Positions 10,330-21,113 of a stretch of DNA of 32,000 nucleotides are shown piece by piece. How positions within the stretch are numbered: position 1 is the first letter of the stretch; the number at the start of each line of letters is the position of its first letter. The stretch is from Paracoccus sp. N5 (GTDB taxonomy: Bacteria; Pseudomonadota; Alphaproteobacteria; Rhodobacterales; Rhodobacteraceae): the NCBI RefSeq assembly GCF_000371965.1, contig NZ_AQUO01000001.1, forward strand, positions 1,359,331 to 1,391,330, read 5' to 3'. The position numbers were made by a program, and so were the translations under genes. The notes under the pieces are model-generated. The model had not been told where the DNA came from and searched no databases. It worked only from the letters and a program-made list of their open reading frames with translations.

Positions 10330-11405
10330 TGGCGGTCCTGGTCAAGGCATTCGGCGACCGGCCCTGGAAGGACGACGAGCCGCTGGAATGCGTGATGGTG
10401 GTGCCCGAGACATCGGACACCGCCACATTCACCTTTCGCGCGCCCTCGGGGGCCTATTTCGACTATCAGCCGGGGCAGTTCGTCACGCTGGACCTGCCGG
10501 TGCCCGGCGGCAACGTGCAGCGCACCTACACGATCAGCTCATCGCCCTCGCGGCCGCTGTCGATCTCGGTCACGGTCAAGGCGCAGGCGGGCAGCATCGG
10601 CACGCGCTGGATGCTGGACCACCTGCGGCCGGGGATGCGGCTGAAAGCCTTCGGCCCGGCCGGCATCTTTACCTTCGTGCGGCACGAGGCGCCGAAATAC
10701 CTGATGATCTCGGCCGGGTCCGGCATCACGCCGATGATGTCCATGACCACCTGGGCCTGGGATTCGGGCGAGATGCCGGACATCGTCTTCGTCCACGCCG
10801 CCCGCACCCCCAGCGAGATCATCTTCCGCCAGCGCCTGGAAGGCATGGCCGACCGCGTGCCCGGCCTGCAGCTGCGCTTCACGGTCGAGGAGGGCGACCC
10901 GTTCCGCACCTGGCACGGCTATCGCGGCCGGCTGAACCAGATCATGCTGGGCCTGATGGCGCCCGACTATCTGGAGCGCGAGGTGTTCTGCTGCGGCCCC
11001 GAGCCCTTCATGCAGGCGGTGCGCGACATGCTGATCGCGCTTGGCTTCGACATGGACCGCTATCACCAGGAAAGTTTCGGCGCCCCGGTCCGCAACGAAT
11101 CCGAGGCTCCGGTGCTGGACGACGTGGTGCTGGACGATGCCGCCGGCGCGCAGATCACCTTTGCCGCCTCGGGCATCACCGCGAAATGCGCCGAGACCGA
11201 CACCGTGCTGGCGGTGGCCAAGGCGAACGGGCTGAACATCCCCTCGGGCTGCACCTTCGGCCTGTGCGGCACCTGCAAGATCAGGAAGACCTCGGGCGAG
11301 GTGCATATGGTCCACAACGGCGGCATCACCGACGACGACATCGAGGCAGGCTATATCCTGGCCTGCTGCTCGCATCCGATGGGCGCCATCGCCGTCGAAG
11401 TCTGA
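10329..11405 (+). CDS. FNR-type flavin reductase with C-terminal plant-type 2Fe-2S ferredoxin domain (oxygenase reductase partner)
   Basis: RTYTISS flavin motif, GSGITPMMS nucleotide motif, and C-terminal CTFGLCGTCK...ILACCS cluster. TAATG overlap with the oxygenase gene. Confidence 0.85.
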   Translation: MAVLVKAFGDRPWKDDEPLECVMVVPETSDTATFTFRAPSGAYFDYQPGQFVTLDLPVPGGNVQRTYTISSSPSRPLSISVTVKAQAGSIGTRWMLDHLRPGMRLKAFGPAGIFTFVRHEAPKYLMISAGSGITPMMSMTTWAWDSGEMPDIVFVHAARTPSEIIFRQRLEGMADRVPGLQLRFTVEEGDPFRTWHGYRGRLNQIMLGLMAPDYLEREVFCCGPEPFMQAVRDMLIALGFDMDRYHQESFGAPVRNESEAPVLDDVVLDDAAGAQITFAASGITAKCAETDTVLAVAKANGLNIPSGCTFGLCGTCKIRKTSGEVHMVHNGGITDDDIEAGYILACCSHPMGAIAVEV

Positions 11406-11452
11406 GCTTGACGTTGTGTTCATTAAAGCATAACGAATGACGATCGGTTGAA

Positions 11453-11479
11453 GGCGCGCCCCCGGTGGGGCGTGCCTTT
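11453..11479 (+). terminator. Putative intrinsic terminator after the reductase gene
   Basis: 10-bp stem, 11453-11462 (GGCGCGCCCC) pairing with 11467-11476 (GGGGCGTGCC), with one G-U pair. Loop CGGT, followed by TTT. Confidence 0.55.
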
Positions 11480-11560
11480 CGGTGCTTGCGCTTGACAGCA
11501 CTACCATACCGCGCAATCCTGATCCCGTACCTATCTCTACGACAGGCAAAGGAGGGCGCG

Positions 11561-14500
11561 ATGAACATCGACCTCTCGCGGCGTGGCTTTCTGAAGCTGG
11601 CCGGCGCGGGTGTCGCGGCAACCTCGCTGGGAGCCATGGGCTTTGGCGAGGCAGAGGCGGCGGAGCAGGCGCATGTGCGTGCCTTCAAGCTGGCCTCGAT
11701 GACCGAGACGCGCAACACCTGCACCTATTGCTCGGTCGCCTGCGGCATCCTGATCTATTCCAAGGGCGACGTGGCGGCCGGCGAACAGGCCGTCATCACC
11801 CATATCGAGGGCGACGCCGACCACCCGACCAACCGCGGCACGCTTTGCCCGAAAGGCGCGGCGCTGAAGGACATCGTCCATTCCGAGACCCGCCTGACCG
11901 CGCCCCGCATCCGCCGCCCCGGCGCCGCCGCTTTCGAGGAGATCAGCTGGGACGAGGCGCTGGACAAGATCGCCCGCGCGCTGAAGGACGACCGCGACGC
12001 CAACATGGTGCTGACGAACGACCTCGGCGTGCCGGTCAACCGCTGGACCACCACGGGCTTCCTGGCCGCCTCGGCCACCACCAATGAAACCGCATGGCTG
12101 ACCTACAAGACGGTGCGCGCCATGGGGATCGTCGGATTCGACAACCAGGCGCGCGTCTGACACGGCCCCACGGTGTCCAGTTTGGGCCCGACATTTGGCC
12201 GCGGAGCGATGACCAACCCCTGGACCGACATCAAGAACACCGACCTGGTGATCGTGATGGGCGGGAATGCTGCCGAAGCCCATCCCTGCGGCTTCAAATG
12301 GGTGACCGAAGCCAAGGCGCGGCGCGGCGCCAAGCTGATCGTCGTGGACCCGCGGTTCACGCGCACGGCCTCGGTGTCCGATTATTACGCGCCGATCCGA
12401 CCCGGCTCGGACATCACCTTCCTGATGGCGCTGATCAACTGGATGATCCAGAACGACAGGGTCCAGTGGGACTATGTCCGGAACTTCACCAACGCGCCCT
12501 TCATCGTGAAGGACGAGTTCGGCTGGAGCGACGGGCTGTTCTCGGGCTACGACCCCGAAAAGCGCGACTATGACAAGTCGAGCTGGGATTACGTCATCGG
12601 CGAGGACGGCTTCGCCCAGGTCGACATGACGCTGGAGAACCCGCGCTGTGTCTGGAACCTGCTGAAAGAGCATGTCTCGCGCTATACGCCCGAGCTGGTC
12701 GAGCAGGTCTGCGGCACGCCCAAGGACCGTTTCCTGCATATCGCGCAGATGATCGGCGAATGCGCGGCGCCCGACAAGGCCATGACCTCGATGTATGCCC
12801 TGGGCTGGACCCAGCATTCCAAGGGCGCGCAGAACATCCGCGGCATGGCGATGCTGCAACTGGTGCTGGGCAATATCGGCGTGCGCGGCGGCGGCATGAA
12901 CGCCTTGCGCGGGCATTCGAACATCCAGGGCCTGACCGATATCGGGCTGATGTCGAACCTGCTGCCCGGCTACATGAACATCCCGACCGAGGCGGAGCCG
13001 GACCTGGCGACCTATATGTCCAGCCGTTCCTTCAAGCCGCTGCGGCCGGGCCAGACCAGCTATTGGCAGAACTATTCCAAGTTCTTCGTCAGCTTCATGA
13101 AGGCGATGTGGGGCGATGCCGCCACGGCCGGGAACGAATGGGCCTATCATTGGCTGCCCAAGCTGGACGTGCCGACCTATGACGTGCTGCGCATGTTCGA
13201 GCTGATGAAGGCGGGCAAGGTCAACAACTACTTCTGCCAGGGCTTCAACCCGCTTCTGGCCTTCCCCAACCGCGGCAAGCTGACCGAGGCCTTCGGCAAG
13301 CTGAAGCTGCTGGTCGTCATGGACCCGCTGGAGACCGAGACCGCCCGCTTCTGGGAAAACCACGGCGAACACAACGACGTGGACACCGCCGCGATCCAGA
13401 CCGAGGTGATCCAGCTGCCCACCACCTGCTTTGCCGAAGACGACGGTTCGCTGGTGAACTCGGGGCGCTGGCTGCAATGGCACTGGGCGGCGGGCACGCC
13501 GCCGGGCCAGTCGAAACGCGACACCTGGATCATGTCGCAGATCTTCCAGCGCGTCAGGAAACTTTACCAGGACGAGGGCGGCATCCTGCCAGAGCCGATC
13601 CTGAACCTGACCTGGGACTATGCCAACCCCGAGGAACCGACGGCCGAGGAACTGGCGAAAGAGATGAACGGCCGGGCGCTGGCCGATGTCCACGACATTC
13701 AGGACACCGCCAAGCTGCTGACGCCGGCGGGCAAGCTTCTGGCGAACTTCAGCCAGTATCGCGACGACGGCTCGACCATGGGCGCCTGCTGGATCTTCTC
13801 GGGCTCCTGGACCGAACAGGGCAACATGATGGCCCGGCGCGACAACGGCGACCCCGACGACGTCGGCCTGTTCCCGAACTGGACCTATGCCTGGCCGCTG
13901 AACCGGCGCATCCTCTACAACCGCGCCTCGGCCGACCTGCAGGGCAAGCCCTGGGATGCCAGCCGCAAGCTGATGGAATGGGACGGCGAGAAATGGGCCG
14001 GCTACGACGTGCCCGACATCGCCCCCACCTCGAAACCCGGCGAGGTCGGCCCCTTCATCATGAACCAGGAGGGCACCTCGCGGCTGTTCACCCGCGGCAT
14101 GATGCGCGACGGGCCCTTCCCGACCCATATGGAGCCGTTCGAAAGCCCCATCGCCAACGTCTTCAACCCCGAGATGCGGGGCAATCCGGTGGCGCGGGTC
14201 TTTGTCGACGATGCCGAGCAATTCGCCACCAGCGACGAATTCCCCTTCGTCGCCACCTCCTACCGGCTGACCGAGCATTTCCACTACTGGACCAAGAACA
14301 ACCGCATCAACGCGGCACTCCAGCCCGAATTCTTCGTCGAGATCAGCGAGGAACTGGCGGCGCTGAAGGGCATCACCCGGGGCGGCTGGGTGCGGGTCTG
14401 GTCCAAGCGCGGTTCGGTCAAGGCCAAGGCGCTGGTGACGAAGCGGCTGAAGCCGCTGCAATGCGGCGACAAGACCGTCTATGTCGTCGGCATCCCGCTG

Positions 14501-14644
14501 CATTGGGGCTTCGTCGGTGCGGCGCGCAAGGGCTGGGGGCCGAACAGCCTGACGCCCTTCGTCGGCGACGCCAATGTGGAAACGCCTGAATTCAAGGCCT
14601 TCCTCGTCAACATCGAACCGGCAACCGGGGAGGCGGTGTCATGA
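11561..14644 (+). CDS. fdnG: Formate dehydrogenase (FdnG/FdoG type) catalytic subunit, selenocysteine-containing, Tat-exported
   Basis: Tat signal [12 protein letters not shown] and 4Fe-4S motif CTYCSVAC. An in-frame TGA at 12158-12160 sits in the context [25 protein letters not shown], the conserved Sec site of FdnG. Track ORFs 11465..12160 and 12173..14644 share one reading frame. SD AAAGGAGGG lies before ATG 11561. Total 1027 codons. Confidence 0.92.
12172..12189 (+). promoter_or_regulatory. SECIS-like mini-hairpin 11 nt downstream of the UGA-Sec codon
   Basis: The sequence GGUGUCCAGUUUGGGCCC folds as G1-C18, G2-C17, bulged U3, G4-C16, U5-G15, C6-G14, C7-G13, with loop AGUUU. The distance from UGA, the bulged U on the 5' strand and the G-U in the loop all resemble the E. 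coli fdhF/fdnG SECIS upper helix. Confidence 0.55.
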
Positions 14645-15624
14645 CCACGGACCCCAAGCTTGACAGCCCGCGCACCGCGGTCGCCAATCCGCCGATCCAG
14701 CCGATGCCGGCGAACCTGGGCGCGGGCGACGTGATCCGCGCCTCGGCCATGCCCGACCTGGCTCCGCCCACGCGCGAGCTGACGCCGGTGGCGAAGCTGA
14801 TCGACGTCAGCAAATGCATCGGCTGCAAGGCCTGCCAGTCGGCCTGCGCCGAATGGAACGACACCCATCCCGAGATCGAGCACAACACCGGCGTCTATGA
14901 GAACCCCCACGACCTGACGCCCGAGATGTTCACGCTGATGCGGTTTTCCGAATACGAGAACCCCGAGACCGGCGATTTCGAATGGCTGATCCGCAAGGAC
15001 GGCTGCATGCATTGCGTCGATCCCGGCTGCCTCAAGGCCTGCCCGGCTCCGGGCGCCATCGTGCAATATTCGAACGGCATCGTCGATTTCATCCACGAGA
15101 ACTGCATCGGCTGCGGCTATTGCGTGACCGGCTGCCCGTTCAACATCCCGCGCATCAGCCAGAAGACCCATGTCAGCTACAAATGCACGCTCTGTTCCGA
15201 CCGGGTGGCGGTGGGACAGGGACCGGCCTGCGCCAAGGCCTGCCCGACCCAGGCCATCGTCTTCGGCCACAAGGAGGACATGATCGCCCATGCCGAAGAG
15301 CGCGTGGCCGACCTGAAGTCCCGCGGCTATGAAAACGCCGGCATCTACGACCCCGAGGGCGTCGGCGGCACGCATGTGTTCTATGTGCTGCACCATGCCG
15401 ACAAGCCGGCGCTTTATTCCAACCTGCCCGAGAACCCGCGCATCTCGCCCGTGGTCGAGGGCTGGAAGGGCGTCACCAAGACGCTGGGCCTGGCCGCCAT
15501 CGGCCTTGCCGCGGTCGGCTCGGTGCTGCACGGGCTTCTGGGCCGCGCCAATACCGTCAGCGCCGAGGACGAGCACGAGGCCGAGGAACTGGTCGATCCC
15601 AACCCCCCGCCCGAGAGGACATGA
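14641..15624 (+). CDS. fdnH: Formate dehydrogenase iron-sulfur subunit
   Basis: Four ferredoxin-type Cys clusters ([39 protein letters not shown]) and a C-terminal TM helix. ATGA overlap with fdnG. Confidence 0.92.
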   Translation: MTTDPKLDSPRTAVANPPIQPMPANLGAGDVIRASAMPDLAPPTRELTPVAKLIDVSKCIGCKACQSACAEWNDTHPEIEHNTGVYENPHDLTPEMFTLMRFSEYENPETGDFEWLIRKDGCMHCVDPGCLKACPAPGAIVQYSNGIVDFIHENCIGCGYCVTGCPFNIPRISQKTHVSYKCTLCSDRVAVGQGPACAKACPTQAIVFGHKEDMIAHAEERVADLKSRGYENAGIYDPEGVGGTHVFYVLHHADKPALYSNLPENPRISPVVEGWKGVTKTLGLAAIGLAAVGSVLHGLLGRANTVSAEDEHEAEELVDPNPPPERT

Positions 15625-16310
15625 TGGCAAAGCGCATCTTTTCCCAACCCGGCGACCATATCGAAACCACCGCTCCGGTGACGGTCAGCCGCTATCGCGG
15701 CTTTACCCGCGCCAACCACTGGGTGACCGCCGGCAGCCTGATCGTGCTGCTGCTGTCGGGCATGGCGCTGTTCCACCCGGCGCTGTTCTTCCTGACCGGG
15801 CTTTTCGGCGGCGGCCAAGCCACGCGCTGGCTGCACCCCTTCGTCGGCATCCTGCTGTTCTTCAGCTTCTTCATCCTGTTCCTGCAGCTCTGGCGCCTGA
15901 ACCTGCCGCGCGCCGAGGACGTGACCTGGGTCGAGAACATCGGCGACCTGCTCAAGGGCGACGAGGAAAAGCTGCCCGAGCTGGGCAAGTACAATGCCGG
16001 GCAGAAGTTCATCTTCTGGGGCATGTCGGCGCTGATCGTGGTGCTGATCGTCTCGGGCGTGATGGTGTGGGAGCAATATTTTCCGCAGCTGGTCTCGATC
16101 CCGGTGCGCCGCTGGGCCATGCTGGTGCATTCGCTGGCGGCGGTGGCGATCATCCTGGTCTTCATCCTGCACGTCTATGCGGCGTTCTGGACCCGCGGCA
16201 CGCTGCGCGCCATGACGCGCGGCACCGTCACCGGCGGCTGGGCCTGGAAGCACCACCGCAAATGGCTGCGGGAACTGGCTGGACGCGAGCGGCGCGGCCC
16301 GGCAGAGTAG
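15621..16310 (+). CDS. fdnI: Formate dehydrogenase cytochrome b556 subunit
   Basis: 229 aa, four predicted TM helices with conserved His residues. ATGA overlap with fdnH. Confidence 0.88.
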   Translation: MMAKRIFSQPGDHIETTAPVTVSRYRGFTRANHWVTAGSLIVLLLSGMALFHPALFFLTGLFGGGQATRWLHPFVGILLFFSFFILFLQLWRLNLPRAEDVTWVENIGDLLKGDEEKLPELGKYNAGQKFIFWGMSALIVVLIVSGVMVWEQYFPQLVSIPVRRWAMLVHSLAAVAIILVFILHVYAAFWTRGTLRAMTRGTVTGGWAWKHHRKWLRELAGRERRGPAE

Positions 16311-16347
16311 GGCCAGCCCGGCCGTCCCGGCCCGCGCAAGGGAAGCC

Positions 16348-17256
16348 ATGACTGCAAGCCTGAAACCCGACCCTTCCATGATCGGCGGCATCGCCCGGGT
16401 GCCGCTGGTGCATCTGCCCGATCCGCAGGCGCTGTTTGCCGCCCGCGCCGGGCGTTTCGATTTCCTGGCCGGGCATAATGCCAACCTGGCGCCCTATCTG
16501 CGCTTCCTGGCGGCGATCTGCCGGGCGCAGGCCCAGCTGGCCGCCGAGCTGCCCGCCCCCGCGCCCCTGCCCGATGCGACCATCGAGCAGGCCCGCGCCG
16601 CCCGCATGCCGCCCCTGGACCGCCAGGCGCTGCGCGCGCCGCTGGCCCAGGCGCTGGCCGCCCTGCTGCCCAGGCTGGAAGCCGTCGAGATGCCCGAGCC
16701 CGCCCGGCTGGCGCTGGCCGCCCTGGAAGCGGCCGAGGATGCGGACCGCGACTGGGTCATCGGCAACGTGCTCTCGGACAGCATCCCCGCCGACAGCGTC
16801 GCCCCGCATGTCTTTGCCGCCGCCGCCTTGCAGGTCGTGGCCAGCCTGCATGCCGCCGCCCTGCCCGGCGACAGGCTGGTGGCGATCCGCACCGGCACCT
16901 GTCCGGCCTGCGGCGGCCGCCCCGTCGCCAGCCTCGTCACCGAAAACATCGGTGCCGAGGGCGCGCGCTATTGCGCCTGCGCCACCTGCCAGGTGCTGTG
17001 GAACGAGGTGCGGGTGAAATGCACCTGCTGCGGCTCGACCAAGGGCATCACCTATCGCTCGGTCGAGACCGAAGAGGCCACGGTCAAGGCCGAATGCTGC
17101 CGGGAATGCGGTCAGTGGGTCAAGATCTTGTATCAGAACAAGAACCCGACCCTGGAAGTTGTAGCAGACGACGTGGCGAGCCTTGGTCTCGACCTGATGA
17201 TGCGCGACACGGAATGGCGGCGCGGCGGCTTCGACCCCTTCCTGGCGGGGTTCTGA
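16348..17256 (+). CDS. fdhE: Formate dehydrogenase accessory protein FdhE
   Basis: 302 aa with paired Cys motifs CPACGG, CATC, CTCCGS and CRECG, typical of FdhE. Confidence 0.88.
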   Translation: MTASLKPDPSMIGGIARVPLVHLPDPQALFAARAGRFDFLAGHNANLAPYLRFLAAICRAQAQLAAELPAPAPLPDATIEQARAARMPPLDRQALRAPLAQALAALLPRLEAVEMPEPARLALAALEAAEDADRDWVIGNVLSDSIPADSVAPHVFAAAALQVVASLHAAALPGDRLVAIRTGTCPACGGRPVASLVTENIGAEGARYCACATCQVLWNEVRVKCTCCGSTKGITYRSVETEEATVKAECCRECGQWVKILYQNKNPTLEVVADDVASLGLDLMMRDTEWRRGGFDPFLAGF

Positions 17257-18588
17257 ATGTCGCTGCGTGACCTGCCCTCGGTCGACCGGCTGCTGACCGA
17301 TTGCGGGGCGCTGATCGAAGAGCATGGCCGGGCGCAGGTCACTGATGCCTTGCGCGCCGAACTGGCCGCGATCCGCGAGGCCCGGCCCGATCCGCTGCCC
17401 GATGCGGCGGCGATCCTGGCGCTGGCGCAAGCCCGGCTGGCGCGGCTGGCGCAATCCCGGCTGCGCCCGGTGCTGAACCTGACCGGCACCGTGTTGCATA
17501 CCAACCTTGGCCGTGCCCTGCTGGCCGATGCCGCGATCGAGGCCGCAGTGGCCGCCATGCGCGCCCCCGCGGCGCTGGAATACGATCTCGACACAGGCGG
17601 GCGCGGCGAACGCGACAGCCACCTGCGCGGGCTTTTGTGCGAACTGACCGGGGCCGAGGATGCCACCGTGGTCAACAACAACGCCTCGGCGGTGCTGATC
17701 GTGCTGAACACGCTGGCGCGGGGCCGCGAGGCCGTGGTCTCGCGCGGGGAACTGATCGAGATCGGCGGCGCCTTCCGTATGCCCGCGATCATGGAACAGG
17801 CCGGCTGCCGGCTGCGCGAGGTCGGCACCACCAACCGCACCCATGCCAGGGACTACCGCGAGGCCATCACCGCCGAGACCGGCCTGTTGATGAAGGTCCA
17901 TACCTCGAACTACCGCATCGAGGGTTTCACCAAGCAGGTGCCGGCCCCCGAACTGGCGCAGATCGCGCATCAGGCGGGCCTGCCCATGGTCAACGACCTC
18001 GGCTCGGGCACGCTGGTGGATCTGCGCCGCTGGGGCCTCGCGCCCGAGCCGACCGTGGCCGAGGCGGTGGCCGAGGGCGCCGATGCCGTCACCTTCTCGG
18101 GCGACAAGCTGCTGGGCGGGCCGCAGGCGGGTTTCATCGTCGGCCGGCGCGAGATCATCGCCGCGATCAACAGGAACCCGCTGAAACGCGCCCTGCGCAT
18201 GGACAAGATCCGCATCGCCGCGACCGAGGCGACGCTGCGGCTCTACCGCGACCCCGACCGGCTGGCCGAGCGGCTGCCGACCCTGCGCCTGCTCTCGCGC
18301 CCGCTGGCCGAGATCCGGGCCCAGGCCGAACGGCTGGTGCCGATGGTCGCGCGCGCGCTCGGCTGCACCGTGACCGTGACCCCCTGCGCCAGCCAGATCG
18401 GCTCGGGCGCGCTGCCGACCGACACCATCCCCAGCGCCGGCCTCGCCCTGACCCCGCGTCCCGAGGCGCTGGCCGAAAGGCTGCGGGGCCTTGCCACCCC
18501 GATCATCGGCCGCATCCATGACGGCGCGCTGATCCTCGACCTGCGCTGCCTGCCCGATGACGCGGCGCTGACCCAAGCCCTGGCATGA
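17257..18588 (+). CDS. selA: L-seryl-tRNA(Sec) selenium transferase SelA
   Basis: 443 aa with PLP-lysine region [17 protein letters not shown]. Starts 1 nt after the fdhE stop. Confidence 0.92.
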   Translation: MSLRDLPSVDRLLTDCGALIEEHGRAQVTDALRAELAAIREARPDPLPDAAAILALAQARLARLAQSRLRPVLNLTGTVLHTNLGRALLADAAIEAAVAAMRAPAALEYDLDTGGRGERDSHLRGLLCELTGAEDATVVNNNASAVLIVLNTLARGREAVVSRGELIEIGGAFRMPAIMEQAGCRLREVGTTNRTHARDYREAITAETGLLMKVHTSNYRIEGFTKQVPAPELAQIAHQAGLPMVNDLGSGTLVDLRRWGLAPEPTVAEAVAEGADAVTFSGDKLLGGPQAGFIVGRREIIAAINRNPLKRALRMDKIRIAATEATLRLYRDPDRLAERLPTLRLLSRPLAEIRAQAERLVPMVARALGCTVTVTPCASQIGSGALPTDTIPSAGLALTPRPEALAERLRGLATPIIGRIHDGALILDLRCLPDDAALTQALA

Positions 18589-20510
18589 TCGTCGGGACGG
18601 CCGGCCATATCGACCATGGCAAGACGGCGCTGGTCAAGGCGCTGACCGGCACCGACGCCGACCGCCTGGCCGAGGAAAAGGCCCGCGGCATCACCATCGA
18701 CCTGGGCTTCGCCTATGCCGACCTGGGTGCGGGCACAGTCACCGGCTTCGTGGATGTGCCGGGACACGAGAAATTCGTCCATACCATGCTGGCCGGCGCC
18801 GGCGGCATCGACCTGGCGCTGCTGGTCGTCGCCGCCGATGACGGCATCATGCCGCAAACCCGCGAGCATCTGGCCATCCTCGACCTGCTGGGCATCCGAC
18901 GCGGCATGGTCGCGCTGACCAAATCCGACCTGGCCGAGCCCGACCGGCTGGCCGCGCTGAGCGCCGAGATCGTCGAATTGCTGGCCCCGACCGGGCTTGA
19001 CGGCGCGCCGGTCTTCCCGGTCTCCGCGCTGACCGGCGCCGGCATCCCCGCCTTGCGCGAGGCCCTGGCCCGGGCCGAGGCCGAGACGGCCGCCCGCGCC
19101 ACCGGCGACCGCTTCCGCATGGCCATCGACCGCAGCTTCACCCTGGCCGGGGCCGGCACCGTCGTCACCGGCACCGTGCTCTCGGGCCGGGTGGCGACCG
19201 GGGACCAGGTGATGCTCAGCCCCTCGGGCCTGCCGGCGCGGGTGCGCGGCATCCATGCGCAGAACCGCAAGGCGGATCAGGGGCTTGCCGGCCAGCGCTG
19301 CGCCCTGAACCTTGCCGGCGAGGCGATCACGCGCGAGGCGATCCACCGCGGCGACCTGGCGCTGGACCCGGTGCTGCACGCGCCGACGCAGCGCATCGAC
19401 GCGACCCTGCGCGTGCTTGCCAGCGAGCCGAAGCCGCTGGCCAGCTGGTTTCCCGCCCGCCTGCACCTCGGCGCGGCCGAGACCGGCGCCCGCATCGTGC
19501 CGCTGCAAGGCCCGCTGGGTCCGGGCGAGACCGGGCTGGCGCAGATCGTGCTGGACCGCCCCGTCGCCGCAGCCTTCGGCGAGCGTTTCATCCTGCGCGA
19601 TACCTCGGCCCGGCGCACCATCGGCGGCGGCAGCCTGATCGACCTGCGCCCGCCCGCCCGCCACCGCTCGCGCCCCGAGCGGCTGGCGCAGCTCGCCGCC
19701 ATGGCCCTGCCCAACCCGGCCGAGGCCCTGGCCGCCATGGCGCGGCATGGCGCGGTGGACCTCGACGCCTTCGCCCGCGACCGCGCGCTGGCGCCGCCGG
19801 GTCTGGCCCAGGCCGTGGCCGCTTCGGGCGCCGCCGTGATCCCCGGCACCCGGCAGGCGCTGTCGCCCGACCTGCTCGACGCGCTGCGCCAAGGGGTCAC
19901 CGCCCAGCTCACCGCCTTCCACGCCGAGAATGCCGACCTGCAAGGCCTGGGCCGCGAGCGCCTGCGCCTGGCCGTGCATCCCCGCCTGTCGCGCCCCGAT
20001 TTCACCGCCCTTCTGCGCGCCGAGGCCGAGGCCGGCCGCATCGCGCTCGACGGCGCCTTCGTCCGCCTGTCCGGCCACCTGCCCCGGCTTTCGGACCAGG
20101 ACGAGGCGCTGCTGGCCCGGATCCTGCCGAGCCTGGACGGCGACGAACGGTTCCGCCCGCCCCGCGTCCGCGACTTCGCCACCGAAATCGGCGCCGACGA
20201 GGCCGAGATCCGCCGCATCCTGCGCATGGCCGCACGCCAGGGCCGCCTCGACCAGATCGCGCATGACCATTTCTTCGCCCGCGCCACCACGATCGAGATG
20301 GTCGCCATCATCCGCGATGTCGCGGCGCAGGCCCCGGACGGCTGGTTCACCGCCCCCGCCTTTCGCGACCGGGTCCAGAACGGCCGCAAGGTGGCGATCC
20401 AGATCCTGGATTTCTTCGACCGGCTGGGTCTGACCTTGCGCCGGGGCGATCTTCGTCGCATCAATCCGCATCGGATCGACCTGTTCCAGCCGGACGGGCC
20501 CGATATGTGA
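18585..20510 (+). CDS. selB: Selenocysteine-specific elongation factor SelB
   Basis: GTPase motifs [19 protein letters not shown] and TKSD, with a long C-terminal extension (641 aa). ATGA overlap with selA. Confidence 0.93.
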   Translation: MIVGTAGHIDHGKTALVKALTGTDADRLAEEKARGITIDLGFAYADLGAGTVTGFVDVPGHEKFVHTMLAGAGGIDLALLVVAADDGIMPQTREHLAILDLLGIRRGMVALTKSDLAEPDRLAALSAEIVELLAPTGLDGAPVFPVSALTGAGIPALREALARAEAETAARATGDRFRMAIDRSFTLAGAGTVVTGTVLSGRVATGDQVMLSPSGLPARVRGIHAQNRKADQGLAGQRCALNLAGEAITREAIHRGDLALDPVLHAPTQRIDATLRVLASEPKPLASWFPARLHLGAAETGARIVPLQGPLGPGETGLAQIVLDRPVAAAFGERFILRDTSARRTIGGGSLIDLRPPARHRSRPERLAQLAAMALPNPAEALAAMARHGAVDLDAFARDRALAPPGLAQAVAASGAAVIPGTRQALSPDLLDALRQGVTAQLTAFHAENADLQGLGRERLRLAVHPRLSRPDFTALLRAEAEAGRIALDGAFVRLSGHLPRLSDQDEALLARILPSLDGDERFRPPRVRDFATEIGADEAEIRRILRMAARQGRLDQIAHDHFFARATTIEMVAIIRDVAAQAPDGWFTAPAFRDRVQNGRKVAIQILDFFDRLGLTLRRGDLRRINPHRIDLFQPDGPDM

Positions 20511-20516
20511 ACGCAG

Positions 20517-20559
20517 GGAAGAGAAGCGTCCCCGGTGGGGCGGCCGGACTTCAAATCCG
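20517..20559 (+). repeat. attL: displaced 5' fragment of tRNA-Sec (43 nt, non-functional)
   Basis: GGAAGAGAAGCGTCCCCGGTGGGGCGGCCGGACTTCAAATCCG is identical to 30093-30135. It begins 6 nt after the selB stop and ends inside the 3' strand of the anticodon stem. No variable arm, T-arm or acceptor 3' strand follows. Confidence 0.9.
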
Positions 20560-20738
20560 CCCGAAAAACCAGAAATTGCAGGCGTGGAAAGTTGCGGAAG
20601 CGGCTGGAACCTTTCCAGAACGCATCGTGAATGTTGCGACGGTCTGCCTTCTGATCGGCGGTCGCCTGACGGCCTCGGCCCATGGATCCCGAATGACTAT
20701 CGCGACCTGCGGGACCGCATCCTCGGGGAGGGTGCGGA

Positions 20739-21110
20739 ATGAGCCGAAAGGTTGCCACCCTCGTCTATGAACGCCGCGCCGGATCATCGGCCCGCAAGGC
20801 AGTCCTGGCCTATTTCGCCGACTGCGCCGACGACTACGGCCGCGGCATATGGGCGTCGAAGAAGACAATCGCCGATGAGACCGAGCTTGGTCGTTCGACC
20901 GTCATCCGCGTCGTCAACGAATTCGTCGCAGAGGGCATACTGATCGTGTCCGGCCACCGCCCTTGCCGCAACGGCGCGACGGTAAATTACGATATGAACC
21001 TCGACGCCATCCGAAACCTCCCCAGCATCAATGCTTCACCCGACCCGTCCCAGAGCGGGACCTCATGGGGTCCCAGAGCGGGACCCAAACCGTCCTTGAA
21101 CCGTCCTTGA
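20739..21110 (+). CDS. Winged-helix/HTH protein, phage replication-organizer-like
   Basis: 123 aa. The region ARKAVLAYFADCADDYGRGIWASKKTIADETELGRSTVIRVVNEFVAEGIL resembles the wHTH of phage/plasmid replication or DnaD-like proteins. SD GGGGAGGG precedes the ATG. The 3' end carries DNA repeats. Confidence 0.6.
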   Translation: MSRKVATLVYERRAGSSARKAVLAYFADCADDYGRGIWASKKTIADETELGRSTVIRVVNEFVAEGILIVSGHRPCRNGATVNYDMNLDAIRNLPSINASPDPSQSGTSWGPRAGPKPSLNRP

Positions 21111-21113
21111 ACC
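21047..21113 (+). repeat. Iteron-like repeats at the junction of the two replication-module ORFs
   Basis: GTCCCAGAGCGGGACC occurs twice (21047-21062 and 21070-21085), and each copy contains the hairpin GTCCC-AGAGC-GGGAC. A tandem ACCGTCCTTGA x2 plus ACC follows (21089-21113). Confidence 0.75.

Noticed and set aside
12158-12172. fdnG as a pseudogene split into two ORFs
   Set aside because: Both halves are in the same frame, the TGA sits at the conserved Sec position, and selA/selB/selC are adjacent. See the Sec finding.
11537-14503. Very long minus-strand ORFs (11537..14503, 16228..18576, 18243..20471, 9001..10092, 14479..15630, 19277..20758) and many plus-strand ORFs overlapping the parB-rho genes
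   Set aside because: They lie antisense to, or out of frame with, genes that have unmistakable family motifs. Their translations are Arg/Ala/Gly/Pro-rich and low in complexity. This is the usual stop-codon-poor shadow effect in high-GC DNA.
20517-20612. A second complete tRNA-Sec gene directly after selB
   Set aside because: Only the first 43 nt match. The sequence after 20559 (CCCGAAAAACCAGAAATTGC...) has no variable arm, T-arm or acceptor 3' strand.
20590-20639. Possible arm-type integrase sites: TGTTGCGA at 20632-20639 and 30029-30036, and AGTTGCGG at 20590-20597
   Set aside because: A single shared 8-mer between two ~150-bp arms is close to chance expectation. It is worth testing only if footprinting is done.
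21082-21090. Programmed -1 ribosomal frameshift at CCCAAAC joining ORF 20739..21110 to ORF 21065..21616
   Set aside because: The heptamer is not in the X_XXY_YYZ register of the upstream (zero) frame, which reads GGA CCC AAA CCG. No downstream pseudoknot is evident, so an indel or a true overlap is more parsimonious.
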